Assembly (NCBI RefSeq): GCF_009914755.1 | Contig: NC_060925.1 | Direction: 5' to 3' (one strand) | Origin: the human T2T-CHM13v2.0 reference genome, Homo sapiens | Length of the DNA stretch: 64,000 bases | In this document: piece by piece, positions 38,411 through 54,630 of the stretch | Layout of the letters: each line of letters opens with the position of its first letter | How positions within the stretch are numbered: the first letter of the stretch is position 1 | Made by a program: the position numbers and the translations under genes | The notes under the pieces: model-generated | The model's input: the letters and a program-made list of their open reading frames with translations, nothing else | Told to the model about the DNA's origin: nothing | Databases searched by the model: none

Positions 38411-39321
38411 TCAGATAACAAAGGTGCCCGCCTGCTCAAGTCACACTGCTGGTAAGTAATGGAGATGGGCCTGTGTTCCTTTCAATCACAAATCACTGCC
38501 CCCAAAGTGGAGCAGAGAAAAGAGCCCCAGGAGTTCTAAGGAGGACAAATCAGGAGAGCTTCCTGGAGGAGGAAGCTTCCCGTAAACTGGACCATAAAGA
38601 AGAAATGAATGGTGGGAGGCTGGATGAGGGCAGGGCCTCCCAGACAGACACACCACCCCAGCCATGGGGCAGGGAAGGAACTCATTTGCCCACTTTCTGG
38701 ATCATTCCACACACCTGTGTGCCAGCAGGGGGACCTGAAGCAAGCTCCTGCCCCATCTCTCCATGTGTCCTGGAGCAAGTAAGGGGCCCTGCTGGACCTG
38801 TTTTCCCATCTGCAAAATGAGCTGATAGGCCGAAGAGAGATCCATCTTCTTAGCTCTGAAGCTTGTAAAAGCAAAGGACTCGGGCAGGTCCCACCCCTGG
38901 GGACCTCTCCACCCTCCTCCCCGACACACCTCGTGGCCACCCCTCCTAACCCAGCTTGACAAACCTGCTAGGTCTCTGAAGCACTGCAGGGTCCTTCCCC
39001 TCCAAGCCTGTGTCATGCTACTCCCCCCGCCCAGCGTGACCTCTTTTCCAAGGTGCCCAAGCAAAGCCCTACTCATCCTTAAGACTCAGACCTCCTCCAA
39101 GAAGCTATTCCAGAATCCCAACCTCCAGCCCTACATCTGTGCCCCCATCATAGCCAGCAATGTCATCCATTGTCCTCGTCGGTTTTTCCTTGGCAGACTG
39201 GCCCCTCAAGGGCAGAGGCCGTGAATGAGTCAGGGCTGTATCCCGGCCTGGGGCTGGGCACATGGGTGAACTTACCTGCACGAGGTCAGGGCAATAGAGA
39301 CTCCTTCTTCAAATACTATGA

Positions 39322-39598
<277 letters not shown>

Positions 39599-39639
39599 GT
39601 ACTTTTTTTTTTTTTCCAATTTAAAAGTAGTATACTTGA

Positions 39640-40432
39640 GCCACAAAGTAAAGTACCATTGGATTATAACCCAAAGCATACAGTAAAGATCCCTGGGTCC
39701 CTGTAATATAAATAAATCATTTATTTATATAATAAACTGGGAGTACAGACAAATCTCCTTGAGAAATTCCAAGTAATTTATGTAGCTACTCTGCCCTCAA
39801 GGAGGTGGGGCGGAACTCCCCATTCATCAAACTTGAGTTGCTTGGAGCAGCATAGTGACTTCCTTCTAAAACATACAGCATGGAAAGGAGAAAAAAAGAG
39901 TAACTTTACAAAGGAGTAACCTCAGCCGGGGGCTCAAAGTCACCAGCAACAGTGGTAAGTCAAGTTGGCAGAACCTTTTCTTAGTACGATGTTCTGAGAC
40001 TGGCACATCACCTCTGTGGTCTTCCTCCCAAAAGCACATTCCCAGTCTAATCATGAGAAAACCACCAGAGACCCCAGTTGAAGAACATTTGACAAAATGC
40101 CTGACAAATACTCCTCGAACTGTCAAGATTATCAAAAACAAGAAAAATCTGAGAAACCATCATACCAAGAGGAACCTAAGGAAGTGTGAAGACTAAATGT
40201 AACGCGGCATCCTGGATGCAATCTTGGAACAGAAAAAGGATGTAAGAGGAAAGCTGGGGAAATAGGGGTGAAGCACTGACTTTAATAACAGCCCACGAAT
40301 ATTCATTCACCCATTGCAACAAACGCACCACACTAACGTTGAGACGTTAGCAATAGAGGAACTAGGCATGGGGGACGCAAGAACTATCTGTACTGTGTTT
40401 GCAATATTTTCGTAAATCTAAAACCGTTCTAA
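39640..40432 (+). mobile_element. Old L1 (L1MC/L1ME-like) 3' end
   Basis: Motifs gactaaatgtaacgcggcatcctggatgcaatcttggaacag and gaactatctgtactgtgtttgcaatattttcgtaaatctaaaac. Confidence 0.75.
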
Positions 40433-40754
40433 GTACGTGCTCATTGTACCAAATATGGAAAATACAGAAAAGTAGAAAAAATAGAGCTTTCACTATCCTA
40501 GAACCCAAATACATTTCCTCCTCGCCCAGTTTTGACGTATCCTGTTTTGACACTGTTGAAATCATAGCAGGTGTTAAGTTTTTTAACCCAGACAATGCAT
40601 TTCTGACAGTGGAATTCCGGGCACTCTGGGGAAGAGGGGTCAGGAAGAAAGAGATTTCTGGGCAAAAGTGTCTTCTGGGGGTGTCCACTTTCTACCAGCG
40701 ACTTAGAACGTGCTTCAGGTTGACAAAAAGCCAGGACCCAAGAGACCCAATTTA

Positions 40755-41080
<326 letters not shown>

Positions 41081-41693
41081 TCAAACCACAAAAGATGGGC
41101 AAGTTACTGAATTTTGAAAAAAAGAATAGATTTTTTAAAAAAAGAAAGAAAGTTTGCTGGGTTCCCAAAGTGTGCAAGTTTGGGTGACCCAGAGAATCCT
41201 CTACACAAACCCACTGACATCCTGAGGAAGATGCCCGAGCCCAAAGCTACGGACCAGGCTTCCCTCATGTAATAACGCCCTCATGACTCAATAGAGCGTG
41301 GCACTGTCTCAGGATGGCAAGGTCTCAATTTAACCCTCCCTAGAGGGGCCAAGTCCACAAATAGCTCATGATGTGCAGAGTCGTCACCCATGGCTGGGTC
41401 CAGATGACAGCCAGCATGGGCTATTGACACATCTGGACCACAGCTTCTCTTTTTCCATCCAGATGCTCAAGGTCCTATCAGCACACCTGTTGCCAGCTAG
41501 CCTATGGGAAAGCCCCCAGGCCCTGCCCTTTCTGGGAAGGAGAGAGGACTCTTTCGGGGTGCAGGAAGATAACCCCCCACTGGAGTCAACTGAGGACCAC
41601 AGCCTGGAGACAACCTGGGCCGAGCGCACAGCTTCCAGGACACCCCTCTGCTCTTTTGCTTGCTCCTGCTCTAGAACGTCTCATCACTCATAG

Positions 41694-41890
41694 GCATTGG
41701 TTCTCAACTGGGAGAGATTGGGCCCCATAACTAGAGACATTTTTGGTTATCACAAGTGGCAGGGTAGGGAGATGGGCAGTGCTGCTAGTATCTAGTAGGT
41801 AGAGACCATGGATGCTGCTGAACTTCCTCTAACGCACAATTCACTCCCCCAAGATGAAGAATTATCCACCCCAAAATATCAATGGTGCAC
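41694..41890 (+). mobile_element. MER20-like hAT DNA transposon remnant
   Basis: cattggttctcaactggg...tctagtaggtagagaccatggatgctgctg...aagaattatccaccccaaaatatcaatggtgc. Confidence 0.75.
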
Positions 41891-44176
41891 TGCAGAGAAG
41901 ATCCAACTTCTTAGCTTGTCACTCAAAACCTTTATCACCTCCTCCCCAAACTCCAGGTTTGTCTCTATTGTGTCCCTGTAGAAGCCGAACACATACGCCA
42001 TTGCTCACCTGTTTCTCCTCACCTTCCATACTGCCCACAACCAAACTCTCCCTCCTGCCAATGGCACCACCTCCAAGAAGTCTTCCATGATTGCTAGGGC
42101 CCACACATTCTTCAGCTCTGTGAGCAGGGACCGTATATCACACCACCATTTACAGGTGAGGACATCGGATGGCACGATCAACAAGAAACCTTAACAGCCC
42201 CACAGTCCCGGGTTTGCAGGGCAGCCTCTGGGCCCACACAACCTGCAAATGGATTTGACTTGGCCTGCACTGAGATTTTTTTCTACCATGCATCAATCAC
42301 TAGCATTGAAACATCAGAAGATGTGACACAAAAGCCTGCTCCCTATTCTCTAAACATCAGAAGAGCGGCCACCAGGGCCCACAATCCTTCGTGGCAACAA
42401 CAAGCAAAAACAGAGAACAGCTGCAGGGTGGGCCAAGCAAGGGCTCCCGGGGTCACCGCAGGCCCCATCTGCCCCCTGCTGTCACTCACATGGCCTGCCC
42501 AGACCCTAGAGGCATCAGAGTTGGAGACCTCTGAGCCAGTCAACATCACCTTACCCCTGACTTTATAAAAGGGAAACTGAGGCCCAGAGAGAGGCTTGTC
42601 TGAGCCCATACAGCCAGTTAGTGGCAGGGCTGGGGTGAGGACCCAGGGACTTGCTACCTGTGAGGCGCCCCTGCATGCCACACTGTCCTTCTAAGAATGT
42701 GCATAGTCTCAGAGCTTGAAGGCCTAAAATACAGGGTACAGGGACGCTCAAAGAGTGATTTGCTTCTCTCAGCTCTTGCATTGGCAGGAGCTCGGAAGGA
42801 CAACCTCTGAGTTCCTCCTCCCAAAACTAGAGTCCTTGAATCTGACAACTTGACTCCAAGGATGCTGACAGCAGGTGCCATGTCTGATGCACAACGAATA
42901 ATAAAGCACTCACCTGTGCGTCAGGCGTGGTTCTGCATGCTTTGTATGTATCAACTCCCTGAGCCTCACAACAAACCCTATCAGATGGGTATGATAATTC
43001 ACATCCCCATTTTTTTAAATGAGAAAACTGAGGCTCAGAGAGGTTAAGTAAATTGCCCAAGGCTGCAGAGCTGGGAAGCAGGGAAGCCAGGATTTGCATG
43101 CAGGAGTCTGCATCCAGAGGCCGTGGGCTAACCACTGAACAGCATCGCCCCCCTGAAGGCTGGGCTCTTGCCACAGCTCTGCCTGCCCTGCCTGTGACAG
43201 GAAGCAGACGCAGGCAGGTCTGAGTTTGCAGCAACCCACCGCAGCATGTGGATCTAGGCTAATTTTGAGGAAGCCCTTCCAGACTCATGAGAAAACTGTT
43301 AACCACAGGCCCTGAGTCACCCCAGGAGGAAGTCGCTTGGGTCTAGGGGAGATGAGTGTGGCCAGGAGTTTGGGAGTAGGGTGGGTCTAGGCAGGACAGT
43401 ACAAGGACACTGACCCTCAGCCACCCCAGGCAGAGGGGCAGCCTTGGCCCCCGGGCACTGTGACTTGCCCAAGACCACACTGTGAGTCACCAGGAAAGGA
43501 GGAACCAGTGACAGCCGTGACTTCACAAGTTGCCCAACAAGAGCTTGGGCCGGGCAAGTTACCCTAATGATTAGCACAGGTCTCAAGTTCTCTTTGGTGG
43601 GCAGAAGGCCGTGGTTTGACTGAGCTGGAAGCTGAGAGGACACGGCCCCTGCCTCCCCACTGGAGGCACAAAGGGGACATCCCCACTTCTCATCCCCTCG
43701 AGTGGCCCAGGCTCCCTCCAGGCCCCAGGGGAAGAATCGGGGCTGTGTCTGCGGCCGACCTCACATCCCAGTCAAACAATCCCAGCCCACGTTCCTTCCA
43801 AGATCCCTGCCTTCCAAAGCACTTTCACATCTGCTGTTGGCTTTGCACACAAATAACCTTCCGGCCGCTGCTGTGCCCCATCTCACAGAGGCAGAAACGG
43901 AGCCAGCCTCGGAGTGAACGTCAGTTACATTTGCCTGGAAAGTGGATTCCAGCTCCCTTACTCCTCACTCTTGCGGCATCTCCCCAGGGTACCCCCAGCC
44001 ATTTGACAGAGAAGGAAACTGAGGCCCAGAGCAGGACAGGGATTTGCCCAGGGTCCCCCAGAGAGGTGGAGAGCAGGAGTTCTTTCATTTGTGGGGCTCC
44101 GTAGATGACGGGTCACCGCAGACATTCACACTCACACAAGCACGCACGCACACACACCCGGGGCCCGCACACTCAC

Positions 44177-44263
44177 CACATGGTAGATGGCCAGGGCGGT
44201 GGTTGCGATGCGGACATTGAAGCAGCAGCAGGTCTGGCGGACAGTGGACAAGCGGGGGTCCAT
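44177..44263 (-). CDS. LAPTM5: LAPTM5 exon 1 coding part (lysosomal-associated transmembrane protein 5)
   Basis: Strong Kozak context gcaccATGG. Encodes MDPRLSTVRQTCCCFNVRIATTALAIYHV, donor GTGAGT. The eight exons sum to 789 nt, i.e. 262 aa plus stop. Confidence 0.97.
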
Positions 44264-44289
44264 GGTGCTGCCGTCCCCTCCTCTGAGAC

Positions 44290-44440
44290 ACTGAAGGGGA
44301 AAGAGCCTGGTGCCTGGAGCAGGGCAGAGAAGGGGAAGTTGCTGGCTGCCCTCCTCACTTCCTTCCTGCCCCTTAGACAGGCAGGGACAAGGTCGTCACA
44401 GCTGGGGCGGGGCAGCTGGGGAGGGGGAGTGGGGACAGGG
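44290..44440 (-). promoter_or_regulatory. LAPTM5: LAPTM5 TATA-less promoter with ETS/PU.1-type and GC boxes
   Basis: GAAGGGGAAGTT (44329-44340), CACTTCC (44356-44362) and GGGGCGGGGC (44404-44413). Consistent with haematopoietic expression. Confidence 0.65.
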
Positions 44441-46344
44441 CAGCAGCCTGCCTCAGAGCACCCCACTGCCCTCTGCCATTCCCAGGAGGGGGTTCCAGAG
44501 AGGACAGACCCTAACACGGTCATCATGCCCTTCTCTGCACCAGGGCCAGGGTTCCACCGTTTCACACAGCTTGCTTACTAGAAGAACACTACCAACTTTG
44601 GAAGCCAGGACTGTTACCAAGCCCATTTCCAGATGAGGAAACAGCTGTCCAGAGAGGTCAAGGCACTTGCCCCAAATCACACAGTAGTTAGCACTGGTGG
44701 CAGAATTCAAACCCAGATCTGTCTGGCTGCAAAAATAGCTATTGTCTAGGAGGCATTTCCTGCCTCTTCCAGGCATGCTCCTGGATTCACTCCTTTCATC
44801 CTCACCTCAATCCTTTGAGAGAGGTACTATTATGATCCCCATTTTACAGATGAAGAAACTGAGGCACAGAGAGGGGGAATGATTCGTGCAAGGTCACACA
44901 GCTAGTCAATGAAGGTGCAAGGATGTTAACTGAGGCTGACTGGTGCTAGAAGCCTCCCTGGAGCTGGTGTTCTCTCCCACTTCCTCACCCTGAGCCGCAG
45001 GGAAAAGCTTGTTCTTCCTAAGCTACGAAGAGGCGTGCAGGGCTCCAGACAAGGACAGAAGAATAACCAGGAAGCAAACCCATCAACTGTGCGCCAGGCC
45101 CTGGGCTAGGCTTCTCTTCTAGGTGGGTCAATAACTCTTCACAGCAATCTGTGAGACCCGAACCTCACTTTCAGGGCCTCAAGACCCAATCCCCATACTC
45201 ACACAAAATCAGGGATTGCTTTTCCCCCTTGATCTTGCAAAAAGTTGGAATTAATAAGCCACAACTCTTAGGCAAGCTACCCTGGAATCTCTACTCCCTC
45301 CTCAGATGATAAATTATCCATATTGCAATAAAGAAAGGGAATAGGAAGTATATGCAACATTTCTGGAAGAAGCCCTGCTTCATTCCACAGCTGAGCCCCT
45401 TTGCAATGCCAAGCTTCTAGTGCAGAGCAGACAGGAACTGCCATGAAGCCCTGCCCTCCCAGGAGATCATGGAGTTAGGATTGGACACTGCTGCAGCCCA
45501 TCATTTCTGCCCCAGGAGAGGTTATAGAAAGTCCCTAAGCTCCTCCCACTTGGCAGGAGTTGCTCTGTTAGACCCACAAAACTTGATTGGTGGACTTGAT
45601 CAATCCATTCTCCATGTGCCAATGAGACCAAGGGGACTCTGCAAGCTTTGGGCTCCTGGGAGGCCTGGCCTATCCCTTCCCAACTTCATTTTCAAGGCTG
45701 TTCCTGTTCCTTCATAAGCCTTGCTGAGGCCTGACATCATAGAAAGGTGACACAGTGCAGTGGTTAAGAACTTTGGCTCCACAGGCCCATGGCCTGGGAT
45801 CTTCTGGCTGGGTAGGCAGAAAACCAAGAGAAGTCCTCCTTTGTCTAAGAGTAGCAAGACCAGAGGAACTGGAGATCAGGAAACCAGGGGCCAGGAGGGC
45901 CCTGAGGCCATGCTGGGGAGTCTGCATTTGATTGTGCACAGAAGCCATTTGACGATTTCCTACCATAATAAATGATAGCCATTCATAACATTGTGATTTG
46001 GTGAAACCAGGACAGGTGCAAAGCCAACTCCCAAAGAGAGGGATGAAACACACTGACAGCATGTGGAATAATTGTACATGGTCTATGGGTAAACATTTCT
46101 CATTTTTTATGGTGATAAATTCATTTTAATGTGCATTATAAAAATATACATAACTAGTCCATGAATCCTGTGATTTTCCATTTATAGGAGTAATATAAAG
46201 TCTCATTTTAAAAGAAATGCATTTAAATAAAAAAGGCAGTAAGTCAATTTAAAGAACATATTAAGGAAGCCACAGCCTAGGAGGACGCAGATGTGGCAGA
46301 CAGCCCTGGAGGTGGAGTAGGTGGCATCCGTTTGGGAATCCTGG

Positions 46345-46510
46345 GGCATGGGGAATCCCAGCTCCCCACTTAGTAGCTGTGTGGTGTCAGACAAGGCACT
46401 TGATCTCTCTGAGCTGTTGTTTTCACCTCTGCAAAACGGCGGGGCGGTTGGGGGGAACAGAAATTTGCCTGGCAGGGCTGCGGTGAAGGTGAAATGAGGT
46501 CACGTGAATG
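46345..46510 (+). mobile_element. MIR SINE (one of many MIR fragments in the window)
   Basis: gaatcccagctccccacttagtagctgtgtg...ctctctgagc...ctgcaaaacgg matches the MIR core. Similar fragments near 4.45, 4.95, 8.2, 9.2, 29.2, 30.4, 43.0 and 44.8 kb. Confidence 0.75.
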
Positions 46511-46842
46511 CATCTGTTTGTTTTCTCCCTTCCAGCCCGTCCCTGCTCCCCGATCTCACCCGTACTCAGGCTGCTAGGAGGAGGCAGAGCTGGGATAGAA
46601 CCCCTGATCTGTCTGATTCTGAGTCCCCTCGGGCACTACCTCCCTCGCAGAAGCAGGAGTTCTGATGCAGTCATTTGTCTCTCACCGGGTCACCAGGCTC
46701 CAGCACACACTGGCCCCTTGGCAGGCACCTCAGTCACTCCCTGTGGAGTACAAGCCTGAATCACTTTATTGTCATTCCCAACAAACCCCCTGTGGAGAGG
46801 ACGGCTATTATCCCAAAGGTCAGACCCTTTGGCCAAAGCCAC

Positions 46843-47311
46843 TGTGATAGGCAGAATAGTGCCTCTCACCCCCCAAAAAAAATCCACCCTAATCTCTGGA
46901 ACCTGTGCGTACATGGCCTTACATGGCAAAGAAACTTCACAGGCGCCATGAAATTCAGGATCTTGAGGTGGGTGGGGAGATTATCCTGCATTATCTGGAT
47001 GGCCCTGAGGTCATCAAATGGGTCCCCATAAGTGAAGGAAGATCAGAGTCAGAGAGGGAGTGGAAGATGCCACGCTCCTGGCTCTGCAGTTGGAGGAAGA
47101 ACCATGAGCCAAGGAGTGCAGGCGGCATCCAGAAACTGGAAAAGGCAAGGGAATGGCTTCTCCTCTAGAGGCTCGAAAGGGAATCACTTTCATTTTAGCT
47201 CAGCGAGGCGCATTCCTGACTTCTGGCCTCCAGAACTGTAAGACAATAAATGTCTGTTGTAGTCACTGTGTTTCTGGTCTTTTATTATAGCGGCCGCAGG
47301 GAACAAATACA
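46843..47311 (+). mobile_element. MLT1 (C/D-like) LTR
   Basis: TGTGA...ATACA termini and cttctggcctccagaactgtaagacaataaatgtctgttg. Confidence 0.8.
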
Positions 47312-50300
47312 GCTGCTCAGTGGAAGCAACAGCTGAGCCTGGGGCCCCGTCGCTGGAGCCCAACACACTCCACCGAGACCACAGTCCCCATCTGCACAAG
47401 TGCAGCCCTTACTTCCTTGCTGTGTGACCCCAGCCAAGTCGTGAACTTCCCTGAGCCTCCGCTTCCTCCTGCGCCAAGCGGGGATAATGATAATGCCCAT
47501 CTCGTTGTCTGTACATGCAGGTGGCAACACCACATAAGCTCACTATTTATATTCTGCTGTTTTCCGTTACGAATGATAAGTTTTGAGCTTCTTCAAGTTG
47601 CTTTTCATACCTTCTTTGTGGAGTGGTAGAACCCTTGAAAACTTCAGACCCTCTGAATTCATCAAGATAAGGACAAGGAAATGTTCCATGCCACCGCAGC
47701 CACGGCAGAGCAGATACAAATCTGCTTGTCAAACTGCCCTTGTCAATGTTATTTCTGACAAAGGAATCTTCTAAGACCCCCTGACTTCAGACATGGTTCC
47801 CAGATCCTAGAGAGTCATCTTTAATCCTGAAAAGGTCTGTAATTCTGGCTGGTTATCTGGCTTAATAATTTGCTGCCATGGTATATGAATATTTAAACAG
47901 ACAGCTCTGTTTCCTCAAAGGCAGAATTAGTTGTAAGCTTTCTTTGTTAAGTCAGAAGAACATCACTGGAACTTCCCTCTTCACCCATAGGCCTGGAGGT
48001 AAAAATAAAACCCACGACTCTGCCAGCTTTTGTATTTAAACAAAGAGTTTGGGAGTCTTGTGTCCTTTCCATTAACCTAGATGAAGCACTTAGAAGGGGC
48101 TGGGTCACGGTAAGGACTGCACAGTGGGAAGCATTTTGATCACGATTGTCACTATGATTCTTCCTGTCCTTTAAACCCTTTCTCAGCTGAGCCTCCCCCA
48201 GCCCTAGCCAGCAGAGGAAGGCAGCAGAGAGGCACTGATCAGCTCCCGTAGACCCAAGGGGCCAGTGATCTGCTGCAAGACACACAGCTGGTCAGGAGCA
48301 GAGCCAGGACACAGGTCCTCCTTGGGGACAGCTTCGTGGGCGGCATGTGAGTGGTGGCAGCCAAGGTAGCTCCAGGGCTGTCTTCTCCCGAGGGGCTCCT
48401 GGGTGCCCCCTGCAGCTCACCCAGGCTGAAGGTCAGCTTCCTGCCAGACCACTGGCCTGTGATTCCCTTCTGGCTGCAAGCCCCACCTCACTTCTGCCTT
48501 TGAGGTTTGGGGCTGGAATGTGTAGGGCCAAAGCCAAAGGCCTGAAAAATGTGAGAAACGGCAGAGCATTCTCTCCTGTCTCCTGCCCCGAACCCAGCAC
48601 GGTCACCAGGGGTCAGGGCCTACACGTGCAACCCACAGGGTCCCTCCCCTACTCCCCTGCCTGTGGAAGGGGCCCAGGCCTTGAAGTCAGCCTGGAGGGT
48701 CAGCCTGGCAAGGACAGCCCACAGGCCTGTGGCCTGGGGACAACCAGACCTTCCAATGACCAGCTGCTGAGTCCAGTGGGCAGGCAGGGGACCCCAACGG
48801 TCTGCCAGACACTCCAAGGAGGCCTCCCCTCAGCCAGGCAGTCCAGGGGTCCCTGGCTGCACCCAGGGGCACAATGACACCATATCCTAGTCTGCTGCTG
48901 CCACAGGCACTGCAGGCTGAAGGCTCCAGGGAGATGGGACCAGCAGGCAGAAGGAGCACTGGCTGCAAAGTCTGCATAGCCGAGCCAGCAGCCTCCTGCT
49001 GAATAACAGCTCTGGGCACACCCCAGGACGGAGCATTTTAGATCATGGGTGCAGCCGTACTATCCATGGGGAGCTGGAAAACCCGGCTCCCTCCTGGCCC
49101 TGGTCTCCAACCAGCCTCTGCCTCACTCTGAGCTGTAGAGTGGGGATTGTCATAGCGCATCCAGTGTGCTGCTGCAAGGACTAGGTAATTCCCTCCTAAG
49201 CACCAGCCTCTGCCAGAGCCCCCTCCTCCCTGCTGCTGACCTCATCCTCAGGAAAAACCTCAGAGATCCAGGCACCTTAAGAAGTTGGTGGCAAAATAGC
49301 ACAACTGCCATCAACACCACAGTAGGAGTTACCTCATTAGGTCATTCCCCCAGCTAGGGGATTTTTATTTTAAAAAATGAAACAACAACCACTAGCAAAC
49401 AACAAAAGTGATAGGCCCCACTGAGGACCAAATCTGGGGCCAGGCTTTAGATACCTAAAAAAGAAGAAGAAGAAGAAGAAGCAAGGTAGAGAACTACTAC
49501 ACATGGTGTGCGATTTAGTCACTTCTAGGAAAGCTGCAACTTTCTTGATTTGAAAGGGACAGACTTCATAAGCACATGTCTTCTACCCATTGTCCTAACT
49601 CCCTTCTACCTTCTGTAAATGCAGGTGCAATGCCTGGAGGCACAGAAGCCATTTGGGGACCATGAGAACAAAAACGATACCCTAATGCAGAGCGGAAAGA
49701 GAGGAAGAGCCGGGATCCCTGATGCCATCATGAAGCCTCTGCACCAGCCCTGAACCTCCTTTCTCTGTACATCTTGTAATGTGAGGGAAAAAAACCTCCC
49801 CAGGCCTTCTGACTTCATCCCTTCAACAAGAGCCTTGTTTTGTGTGCTCAGGACATAGCAGTGAACAAGGCAGACAAGGTCCCTGGTCTCATGGAGCAAA
49901 CATTCTAGTAGAGGAGGCGGTGAACAAGGACACACATGAACAAGAGCATCTCAGCAAGTGACAGCTCTCCATCACTTCCTCCTGCTGCCTTCCTAGCCTG
50001 GTTTCTGGTCTTGACTGGAGCACAGAATTGCTGTGGGGCTTTGGAATGGCCACTTCCCCACTCCAACTTCTGTTTTCCTGTCTATAACATCAAAGAGGTG
50101 TCCAAATCCATGCTCTCTGAGGCCTGGCCCCTCTCAGCCAGGCCCCGGCACCAGGCAGGTTACTCCAAGCAGCTGCACCCAGAGGCTGGACCCCCTCCAA
50201 AGCGACTGGGCTGTTGCTGCCCTCAAATTCCTCGGCACTGGGTAAACAGCTAGGCAGCTCCCGTCAGCCAGCCAGGCCTCCTGACCACCCCTCTCAGGGA

Positions 50301-51022
50301 CATCCATAAATTTTCAGCCAGCTGCAGGCTGAAGAGCCCAACTGTGACTCAGGCTCTTCCTGCCAGTGCCCGGCACAGAGCAGCCCGAAGGGCCAGGCCA
50401 TGAGGGGGCCACCCCTGCTGTTCTAGGGCCACCATCCCTACTCTGGGGACCCCAGCTGTGGCTAGTCCCTGCCCAGATCAGCCACTGAGTCTTAGTACCC
50501 CTGTATGGCGTGCACACACACACACACACACACACGCACACACCGCACCCATCGTGCACTCCATACATCTCAAACTGACCCCTCTGGGTGTTGGCCCCTC
50601 CAGCCTCCCCACTGCCCAGCCAGAGACCACAGCACAGCCTCCTCTCTCTCCTCACCCTCACTTCCACCTCCTCCCAATCGCCAAGCCCTGTGGATTCTGC
50701 TTCCCTCCCACCTCCCAAATCTGTCTGCCTTCCTCCACCCCTACTGCCCAGATCCAACCCCCTACGCCACCCCACACCTGAGACTTCGCTGTGGCAAAAG
50801 GCAGGGAGCAGAAAGAGAGGCCTGACCTGAACCAACCAGGCTCCAGGGGCTGCTGCCTGGGCCAGCCACACTGCTTCACCCAGCAGGGAAGGGTTTCTTT
50901 GGCCAAGGGGCTTGGAGGGCTGGGATCTATCAGGCCTGGGGCTCCGGGCCACTGTCCAACAAGTGGCTAAAGAGCAGGAGGTCTAGACCACCAACAAATT
51001 CAGAATATATATACATATATAA

Positions 51023-51318
51023 TTTTTTTTCTTTTTTCTGAGTCAGGGTCCTGCTGTGTCACCCAGGCTGAAGTGCAATGCTGCACACAGCTCACTGTAG
51101 CCTCGGGCTCCCAGGCTTAAGCAATCCTCCCACCTCAGCCTCCCAAGTAGCTGGAACCACAGGCATGCACCACCATGCCCGGCCAACTTTTTTATCTTTT
51201 GTAGAAATGGGGGCTCACTTTGTTGACCAGGCTGGTCTCGAACTCCTGGGATAAAAGGTTCTCCCACCTCAGCCTCCCGAGGTTCTGGGATTACAGGTGT
51301 GAGCCACCGCACCTGGCT
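51023..51318 (-). mobile_element. Alu (J-like)
   Basis: Antisense Alu dimer. Confidence 0.9.
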
Positions 51319-53089
51319 ATATATGTACCTGAACAATTAAAACCTTTTGACAAACGAGGAGATCAACTAGGGCATGCATCTGACTGAAAGGTCACACTCC
51401 CCACAGAACAGCTCTGCCTCGGCTCCTGGAGCCCACTACCTGTGCTTGCTTGTGAGGATGCCCCCATTAGGACGCGTGTGTGGAGACCGTGTGGCCCCGC
51501 ACACACCGGCCTTGTCATCAAGGGAACTTGGGTCTGTTCTGGCATCCTCCAGGGGAACAGTGTGAATATACTAATCTGGCAGGCGACTGCATCATTCATT
51601 TCTCCAAGCAGCGTCAGGTATGTCTTGAATGCCTGCTATGTGCCAGGCACTGTATTAGGCCCTAGAGCAGTGACCAAGACAGCCCTGGCTGCAGGGGCTG
51701 CCATCTGCTCAGGGTGCCCGCCAGATCCCAGCCCCACTCACAGAAGCCCTCCCACCACACTTCCTCCCGAGTCCAGGCTGCCTTGGGGTAGCCCCAAGGA
51801 CTCCAGGTGGGGAAAGCAGAGGTCAGTAATAGTCACAACGTGAGTGACAGCATCACGAGACAAGCCGGTTAACAATGCCATCTCTTAGTCAAAGGCACAA
51901 TCAAGATGACACCAGTGGGCTAAAAATAGCAAGCCCCTCTTTAGAGAGGTATCGGGTGTAGGGGAAGTCCGCAGACCCTGAGGGGACAAACCTGGCCCAC
52001 ATCCCGGCTTTGCCTCCGGCACGCTATGTGACCAAGAGCCAATCTCACCACCTCTCGGCAGCTCCAGTTTTCTCAACTGTAAAATGGAGGTAACAATATG
52101 TCGGCCCCTCTTGCAGAATTACTTCAAAGATTAAGCTAACAATGAGGAAGCTGGACTGAACAGGTGGTCCTCAACCTGTCACCTTTCACTTTGCCAACTA
52201 TACTTCCTAAAGGCTCGTTCAGAACCAGCCCTGCCTGGCTCAAGAACTTTCAATGGCTCCCTATTGCCTGAAGAGTCATAGCCAGACAACTGAGCCTTGG
52301 AATGTTCCCACTAATCAGATGCTGCCTGTCTGTCTGAAGCTTTCCAGAGCAGCCAAGGCCTTCTTTGAAGCAGAGCCCACATGCAGCACCTCTCCCGGGT
52401 CCCACAGAGCACGGCAGCCAAGAGGGCCAAGGCCCCTGCTAGTGCACTCTCCACCACCCAAGGATGCCTTGGCCAAGAAAGCTTAGGGGTACAAGGCCTG
52501 AAGGTGTACAAGGCCTCACCAGCCTCAGCCCCACCCCACTCCCCTAAATACTGGAGGGAAATGTGGGGGTGTTTGTGGTTGGAGAAGCACGCCATTTCCC
52601 ATGGTGCTATCTGATGCTGACATTTTCCACTCCACCCTCAGCTGCTTTGCTAAGCAATGTGGCTCTGTCTCCTGCCTGAGGAGGGGAGCGGAGAGGGAGC
52701 CTGCCCCAGAGGGAGTTCCCAGGAGTGGCCGAGGGTCATGGTAATGTCTGGGAACGCCGAAGGGGCAGCATCGCAGAGCACAAGTGTCACCCTGTGAATG
52801 AGGCGCTGTGTTGCCCCCGTTTTACAGACTAAGAAACTGAGGATTGCGGACTGAAGCGGTTTACTGGAAGTACATTTAGACTCTGGGCTCAGGCATGAAA
52901 TCCTGTATACTTACCACCACCCCACACGACCTCCTGATGCTGCTTAGGACTGAAAAGAATTCGGAGATATGTACAAGGTATAGATCTTCTCCGTCTCCCC
53001 TCCCTCTCCATCAACCCCTCAGTGATGTGTGAGATGCTCGCATTAGCCCTTCTGCTTAGGGGTCATATAATACCCCCGCTGTCCACTTT

Positions 53090-54630
<1,541 letters not shown>

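Noticed and set aside
39706-39730. Perfect AT-rich palindrome atataaataaat-c-atttatttatat
   Set aside because: Short, low-complexity and within an old L1; likely a chance or slippage product.
40362-40688. 108-aa minus-strand ORF with protein-like composition in LAPTM5 intron 1
   Set aside because: Starts at GTG rather than ATG, runs antisense into an L1 3' end, and has no recognisable domain.
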